This document shows, piece after piece, positions 60,516 to 64,000 of a stretch of 64,000 nucleotides of DNA. The notes beneath the pieces are model-generated. The model saw only the letters and a list, made by a program, of their open reading frames with translations, was not told the DNA's origin and did no database searches. Where the stretch lies: NCBI GenBank assembly GCA_050249535.1, contig JBFWQI010000002.1:78379-142378 (forward strand), given 5' to 3'. This DNA comes from Blastocatellales bacterium (lineage in GTDB: Bacteria > Acidobacteriota > Blastocatellia > RBC074). Every line of letters begins with the position of its first letter. Position 1 is the first letter of the stretch. Both the position numbers and the translations under genes were made by a program.

Positions 60516-61973
60516 TCAGTTTTTGTGTTTGATCGAGTAGAGCCGGTGCTCCGTGCGAATCAGCAGCCGCTCCCCGACGATCGCGGGTGACGCCAGCGCA
60601 AGATCGTCCAGCTCGTTCACATGCAGCAGCTTGAAATTCTCGCCTGTCGAGATGACAAAGGTCTGCCCCTCCTCGCTCAGACAGAAGAGCTTCCCATTGT
60701 AGGCCCAGGGCGAGGTCGTGAACGCCGTGGCCGCCGGATCGATCCGCGTCTTGTAGGTCAGCTTACCGGTCTTCGCATCGAAACGGCTCAGGATGCCTGT
60801 TTCGGTCAACGCATAGATGCCGCCCTCATAGGCCACGGGCGACGGCAGATAAGTCCCGGCGCGCGCCTGCGACCAGACGACGAACTCATTCGACGTCTCG
60901 CCATCCTTGAGAGAGATATCGCCCGATGCGCCGGGGCGAACCGCAAACAGCGTCTTGCCGCGTCCGCCGTCGATGTAGAGCAGACCGTCGTATGCGAACG
61001 GCATCGGGATAGGTGTAGCCGCCATTCCCGAAAGCCGCCACAGCTCCTTCCCCGCGAGGTCGTAGCTGACAGCCGTGTCGGGCCCGATCGTCACAATTTC
61101 TGTCCGCCGCGCGTGCTTCCAGAGATATGGCGTAGCCCAGCCGGACCGCTGCTGAGGCTGTCCGTTGCCGCCGAGATCCCGGTTCGTCCGCCAGATCTGT
61201 TTGCCCGATTTCTTATCGAATGCTGCTATGTACTGCTGCTTCTCGTTGTCATTGACGACCACCAGCAGGTCGCCCGCAAGCACCGGCGAACTCCCGGTCC
61301 CGAAATCGAGGTAGATCGGATTGGCATCGAGCGCTGTCGTCCAGACCTGATTCCCCTTCAGATCGAACGCCCACATCCCGAGATTGCCGACGTAGACGAA
61401 AACGTGCTTCCCGTCGGTCACCGGGCTCTCGGAGGAGAAGCTATTCTTGCGGTGACGTCCGCCGGGAGGCTTGCCGGCGTAAAACTCCTTCCGCCAGTCC
61501 ACCTTCCCGGTCTTCAGATCCAGGCAATAGATGAAATATTGGAGCTTGACCTCATGCGGCAATTCGATATCGCGTTCCGTCACCCGTTCGAGCACCTTGT
61601 CCATCGGCAGTCCCTGACGGCGCAGCTCGGCGACGTATTCGTTGCTGTACTCCGTGCCGATCTGCGGAGGCTTCGACTTGCCTTCGGTGATTACAGTCGT
61701 CAGGTAGACTTTGCCGCCCGTCACGATGGGCGACGACCAGCCGCGACCGGGAAGATCGAGAGACCACTCGACATTCTCTGTCTTCGACCACTTGTCCGGC
61801 AGCCGTTCGTGCTTTCCGACCGGATTCGACTCCGGCCCGCGGAACTGAGGCCAGACAGGATCCTGCGCTTTCGCCGTCGCCGATCCCATCAAGACACATA
61901 ACAGCAAAGAAAAAACAGCGGGAATCAGACGATCAGAAGATCCCCCGACCGCCGCCGGACCATAAAAAATCAT
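60516..61973 (-). CDS. PQQ-like beta-propeller repeat protein, secreted
   Basis: Signal MIFYGPAAVGG...LLLCVLMGSATAKA. Repeated G-x-VY/W blocks typical of PQQ-enzyme-repeat propellers. Confidence 0.8.
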   Translation of the reverse strand: MIFYGPAAVGGSSDRLIPAVFSLLLCVLMGSATAKAQDPVWPQFRGPESNPVGKHERLPDKWSKTENVEWSLDLPGRGWSSPIVTGGKVYLTTVITEGKSKPPQIGTEYSNEYVAELRRQGLPMDKVLERVTERDIELPHEVKLQYFIYCLDLKTGKVDWRKEFYAGKPPGGRHRKNSFSSESPVTDGKHVFVYVGNLGMWAFDLKGNQVWTTALDANPIYLDFGTGSSPVLAGDLLVVVNDNEKQQYIAAFDKKSGKQIWRTNRDLGGNGQPQQRSGWATPYLWKHARRTEIVTIGPDTAVSYDLAGKELWRLSGMAATPIPMPFAYDGLLYIDGGRGKTLFAVRPGASGDISLKDGETSNEFVVWSQARAGTYLPSPVAYEGGIYALTETGILSRFDAKTGKLTYKTRIDPAATAFTTSPWAYNGKLFCLSEEGQTFVISTGENFKLLHVNELDDLALASPAIVGERLLIRTEHRLYSIKHKN

Positions 61974-62159
61974 CAATTGCTCCTTTGAGTTGCGCACGCA
62001 TTCGGTGCGCACGCGCCCCGCGTGCATAATGCGTGCTTTCGGCTCTTAACCAGTCGGTATCAGGGATCGGTCGATATTCGAATACAACGCCAAACCGCCG
62101 GGAGAGCCCGGGGATATCTTCTGAAAGATTCCCCTCACCCGCCCGGCGGTTTCTGCAGA

Positions 62160-63983
<1,824 letters not shown>

Positions 63984-64000
63984 TCCGGCGGGAAGCGGCG

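Noticed and set aside
62028-62159. Long imperfect inverted repeat AAACCGCCGGG...CCCGGCGGTTT downstream of the LVIVD gene
   Set aside because: It has a 40-nt spacer and no U-tract. It is probably a weak terminator-like structure and not distinctive enough to report as a feature.

Overview
High-GC (~62%) chromosomal segment, probably from an Acidobacteria-like soil bacterium. The inference rests on an ADOP/MacB-type FtsX permease, several TAT-exported Gfo/Idh/MocA oxidoreductases, LVIVD, PQQ and BNR propeller proteins, and many secreted peptidases. I call about 45 protein-coding genes. They include a partial MacB-like permease, a PlsC-family acyltransferase, ornithine cyclodeaminase, Ppx/GppA, three Gfo/Idh/MocA oxidoreductases, a HAD hydrolase, a CaCA-CBS-YjhG/YagF-type dehydratase operon, and a TIM-barrel sugar isomerase. 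There is a giant propeller-sensor hybrid histidine kinase followed by a CheY-like regulator and a GAF-PP2C phosphatase, lying convergent to a 1063-aa BNR/DUF11/HYR secreted protein. Further calls are DUF819, PhoD, an FGE-domain protein next to a Ser/Thr kinase, an ECF sigma/anti-sigma/secreted-protein triad followed by MacA-MacB, M24B and M1 aminopeptidases, a sulfatase, VapBC, an MFS transporter, proline iminopeptidase, an S9-like hydrolase, GH127, a tricorn protease homolog, a beta-lactamase-family hydrolase, and PQQ-propeller and LVIVD proteins. I found no rRNA, tRNA or CRISPR. The most unusual sequence-level feature is a MITE-like repeat family built from TTTAAACGCCAAGGCGCCAAGA units. Two near-identical inverted copies flank a 7.4-kb block, and one copy has replaced the 3' end of the MFS gene. 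There are also two shorter relatives, and two unrelated intergenic repeat arrays (35-bp and 37-bp units). Many long ORFs in the supplied track are antisense shadows of real genes caused by the GC bias. All coordinates are from hand-reading the sequence and may be off by 1-3 bp.
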